Below, one piece after another: positions 61,060-64,000 of a stretch of 64,000 nt of DNA; within the stretch, counting starts at the first letter, position 1, and every line of letters begins with the position of its first letter. Location: the NCBI GenBank assembly GCA_050173015.1, contig JBFXLE010000001.1, forward strand, positions 256,001-320,000, written 5' to 3'. The position numbers and the translations under genes are program-made. Below the pieces are notes generated by a model, which saw nothing but the letters and a program-made list of their open reading frames with translations, was not told the origin of the DNA and did no database searches. Origin of the DNA: Calditrichaceae bacterium (GTDB taxonomy: Bacteria > Calditrichota > Calditrichia > Calditrichales > JBFXGD01).

Positions 61060-64000
61060 ATGAAAAATTATTGGTTCATTATTTTAATATTTCTGACTGG
61101 CGGCCTGTTGGACGCCGGTAATCAGATCGAGCGGCAAAATCCCGAAAAAAATAATCTGAGAAGAAATTCCACGCTCCAATCCAATGAATCCAAAGTCGAC
61201 GCGGTAACAGGCGCGGTCCGGTATTTTTACAAAGAGAATTTTCTTCCGGTATCAACAAATCCGCAAAACGCCGCCCGTGAATATCTTCAGGCAAAAGCCG
61301 GCGCACTCGGTATTGATCCGGACCTAAAATCCTTACAATGGCTCAAAACAAACAGATCTCCCGGCGGAACACATGTCATTTATCGCCAGCGGTTGGCCGG
61401 TATTCCCGTCTTTCAGTCCGAAATCGTCGTGACGATCAATAAATCAAACCAAGTATCTTTTCTTTCCAGTGAATACAGACCGCGAATTTCGCTAAGAAAC
61501 AAGATCGCATTCATAACTCAAAAACATGCGATTGATTTAGCCAGAGAATATCTGCAGGTGACCGGAACATTACTTGGTCCGGAATCGGCGACGCTGATGA
61601 TCTTTGATAGCGCGGACCGCGGCGCGGAACTGTCATGGAGAGTAAGTCTTCCGGTGACGGAACCGTTTGGGGATTGGGATGTGTTCGTCAACGCCCATGA
61701 CGGCCGGATTATCCATGTAAAAAACAGGGTGATGTACGGAAGCGCGGCTGATGGCCAGGGAATGATCTGGGATCCCGATCCGATCACAACGGCCAATATT
61801 GGTTATGGAGGGAATTTCGCGGATAATCTGGATTCAACCAATGCAGATCTCGATAACCAGAGAATACAGGTTGTTTTGAGAGATTTAACCTATGAGAACG
61901 GGGTGTATAAATTAAAAGGACCGTATGCGGTTTTAAAAGATTTTGAGAATCCCGCGGATGTGTTTCCGGAGCTTCCGGATTCTTCCGCCTTTAATTTTAC
62001 CCGGAATCAACAGGCCTTCGAAGCGGTGATGGCTTATTATCATATTGACGCCTCCACCAGGCGGTTAGTCGAACTTGGATTTGAAATACCTGAACAGGAT
62101 AGTTTTAAAGTGGATCCGCACGGGTTAAACGGTGATGATAATTCACATTATATTCCGTCGCAAAATTATGTCGCCTTTGGTGAAGGCGGTATTGACGACG
62201 CCGAAGACGCGGATGTGATCTGGCATGAACACGCGCATTCTTTTCAGACCAATTTTGGTCCATCGGATATGAGCTACTCCGGCGAGACCATGTCGCTTCA
62301 GGAAGGCTCATCCGACTACTGGGCGTCATCCCATTCACGGACGGTTAATGATTATGATTGGGGAATGGTGTTTAACTGGGATAGCGGGAACGGTCAGATT
62401 TGGAGGGGACGACGTTGTGATACCGATCTGCGTTATCCCGAAGATTATGTTCCTGAACATGAAGGAGGGCAAATCTGGTCGTCGGCGCTGATGAAAATCT
62501 GGCGGGATCTGGGCAGTGATGTCACCGACGCGCTGTTTCTGCAGACGCATTTTCTATGGGGTATTTCTCCCGGGATGCAGGACGCCGCGCAGGCGTTTAT
62601 TCAGGCTGATCAGATGCTTTTCAACGGCGCTCACCTGCCTGTGATCCTGGATCATTTTGAATTTCACGGTCTGATAAACAGCGATGATTATTTTCCTGAA
62701 ATCGTTCATACACCGCATTTGGATACGGAAGATGAAGCGGGACCGTATCTCATCACGGCGGAAATTACACAGAAACTTTATGGTCTCGATTCCACCCGGA
62801 TCCGGCTGATTTACGGCTACGGAGGATTGACGGACACTTTGGTCATGATACCGACCGGGAATATAAATGAATTCAGCGCTTCCATACCGGGTCTGTCTCA
62901 AAGCGCCGAAATACAATATTATATCGCGGCGGCGGATACGGCGGGATGGATTTCCTATAGTCCAGAAAACGCGCCGGATGATTTTTACTCCTTTCACACG
63001 GGAACAGATCTGACACCGCCGGTGATTGTTCATAAAGCATTATACAATCAGCCTACCTTAACCTGGCCCGCTGTGGTATCAGCCGAGGTAACGGATAACC
63101 TGGGTGTAGATTCTGTATTTTGTGATTATTATTTAAATGATTCAACAATTACCGGTCTGTTTCCATTACTGCCGGCCGGGGATAATTTATTTGAATCGCC
63201 TTTTCCCTTTGATACGACTGAAATTAATGTGGGTGACAGGATTTTCTACAGACTCACCGCGCGGGATCTTTCTGTTTCGAAAAATGAATCTTTTTCTCCG
63301 GATGCGGGCTATTATTCATTCGAACTGGTGGAAAGTAAGGGAATAATATTGTTGATCGATGATGATCCCGTTTCTCAGAAAGCGGTTTCAGCGAAGGGGG
63401 CGGTTGTCCGGGCGAAAGATTCGTTCGGTAAATCAGCGGATTCCATGAATGACTGGCTCCTGGCTTCAGGATATCTGGTTGAAAAAGCGGATGTTCAAAC
63501 GGCGTTGGGAATTGATTTTTCCGCTTTTGATTTGATTGTCTCTTCAAGCGGAGCAAACGGGGATCCTCTGGCAAGTTCGGAGTACAGAAGCAAGCTGGAA
63601 GGATGGGTGCAGAATAGTGCTCATAAATTATTGATTGAAGGCGGTGAAGTGGGTTACGCGGTTCATAGTGAAAATACGACACCGGTCTATCCGGCCTTCG
63701 CGGCGAATGTTCTGCATACGGTAGAGTGGATGAATGATCCGACAGACCCGCTTGTGCTTTCCGGAGGCTATAAAAATCATCCCGTGGTCACACTCCCGGA
63801 CGCGCTTCCCGATACCATAAGCATGACGTATGACGATCTCAACTCGGGATGGTATGATCAGGACGCCATGCGCCCGGCATCAGACGCTTATTTGATATAT
63901 AAGGCGTGGTTTCAGAACTACGCGGGATTGATCATTTTTGATGATGATACGGACAGCACTTCCGCGCAGATCATCTATATGGCTTTTAATCTCGCGGCGG
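61060..64000 (+). CDS. Large secreted Zn metallopeptidase (M36/M4-like) with FTP/PepSY-like propeptide and C-terminal accessory domains; 3'-truncated, absent from the ORF track
   Basis: Translated by hand from ATG 61060: MKNYWFIILIFLTGG..., HVIYRQRLAGIPVF, VFVNAHDGRII, MAYYHID, DNSHY, AEDADVIWHEHAH, LQEGSSDYW, HEGGQIWSSAL. No stop seen before the window end. Confidence 0.9.
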   Translation, partial: MKNYWFIILIFLTGGLLDAGNQIERQNPEKNNLRRNSTLQSNESKVDAVTGAVRYFYKENFLPVSTNPQNAAREYLQAKAGALGIDPDLKSLQWLKTNRSPGGTHVIYRQRLAGIPVFQSEIVVTINKSNQVSFLSSEYRPRISLRNKIAFITQKHAIDLAREYLQVTGTLLGPESATLMIFDSADRGAELSWRVSLPVTEPFGDWDVFVNAHDGRIIHVKNRVMYGSAADGQGMIWDPDPITTANIGYGGNFADNLDSTNADLDNQRIQVVLRDLTYENGVYKLKGPYAVLKDFENPADVFPELPDSSAFNFTRNQQAFEAVMAYYHIDASTRRLVELGFEIPEQDSFKVDPHGLNGDDNSHYIPSQNYVAFGEGGIDDAEDADVIWHEHAHSFQTNFGPSDMSYSGETMSLQEGSSDYWASSHSRTVNDYDWGMVFNWDSGNGQIWRGRRCDTDLRYPEDYVPEHEGGQIWSSALMKIWRDLGSDVTDALFLQTHFLWGISPGMQDAAQAFIQADQMLFNGAHLPVILDHFEFHGLINSDDYFPEIVHTPHLDTEDEAGPYLITAEITQKLYGLDSTRIRLIYGYGGLTDTLVMIPTGNINEFSASIPGLSQSAEIQYYIAAADTAGWISYSPENAPDDFYSFHTGTDLTPPVIVHKALYNQPTLTWPAVVSAEVTDNLGVDSVFCDYYLNDSTITGLFPLLPAGDNLFESPFPFDTTEINVGDRIFYRLTARDLSVSKNESFSPDAGYYSFELVESKGIILLIDDDPVSQKAVSAKGAVVRAKDSFGKSADSMNDWLLASGYLVEKADVQTALGIDFSAFDLIVSSSGANGDPLASSEYRSKLEGWVQNSAHKLLIEGGEVGYAVHSENTTPVYPAFAANVLHTVEWMNDPTDPLVLSGGYKNHPVVTLPDALPDTISMTYDDLNSGWYDQDAMRPASDAYLIYKAWFQNYAGLIIFDDDTDSTSAQIIYMAFNLAA

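Noticed and set aside
61079-63682. Several short ORFs listed in the track
   Set aside because: They are antisense or out-of-frame shadows of the long metallopeptidase ORF. The same applies to the short ORFs nested in recognised genes elsewhere.

Overview
A gene-dense bacterial chromosome window. The gene content (TonB receptor, TolC, beta-barrels, lipoproteins, many exported peptidases, IOR, Lat) suggests a diderm, peptide-degrading organism, possibly Calditrichota or FCB-group; this is inference, not a search result. It holds about 50 protein genes, mostly housekeeping or catabolic, including a >980-codon secreted M36/M4-type metallopeptidase (61060 to the window end) that the ORF track misses. 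It also has a CCA-less tRNA operon (Pro-Arg-His-Glu), one intact IS1182-family element, a TPP-riboswitch-controlled TonB receptor/thiN/Na+ symporter operon and two tandem-repeat tracts (21 bp and 7 bp). No CRISPR array, rRNA or prophage was seen. The best candidate for an undescribed system is the operon at 41833-46835: REC-DUF4388-ODP-like sensor, GT4 glycosyltransferase, two CX5HGH (type II) PTPS genes, folE and a sepiapterin-reductase-like SDR. It looks like a complete tetrahydrobiopterin-glycoside pathway linked to a sensor with a degenerate di-iron site. Other leads: an archaeal-type free-standing ThrRS editing domain translationally coupled to the CCA enzyme; an AT-rich XRE-ImmA + PIN module with a palindromic operator; a YknWXYZ-like exporter with TolC behind an ECF-type promoter; and an ino1 + CDP-alcohol transferase pair. 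All family calls come from motif recognition by eye.
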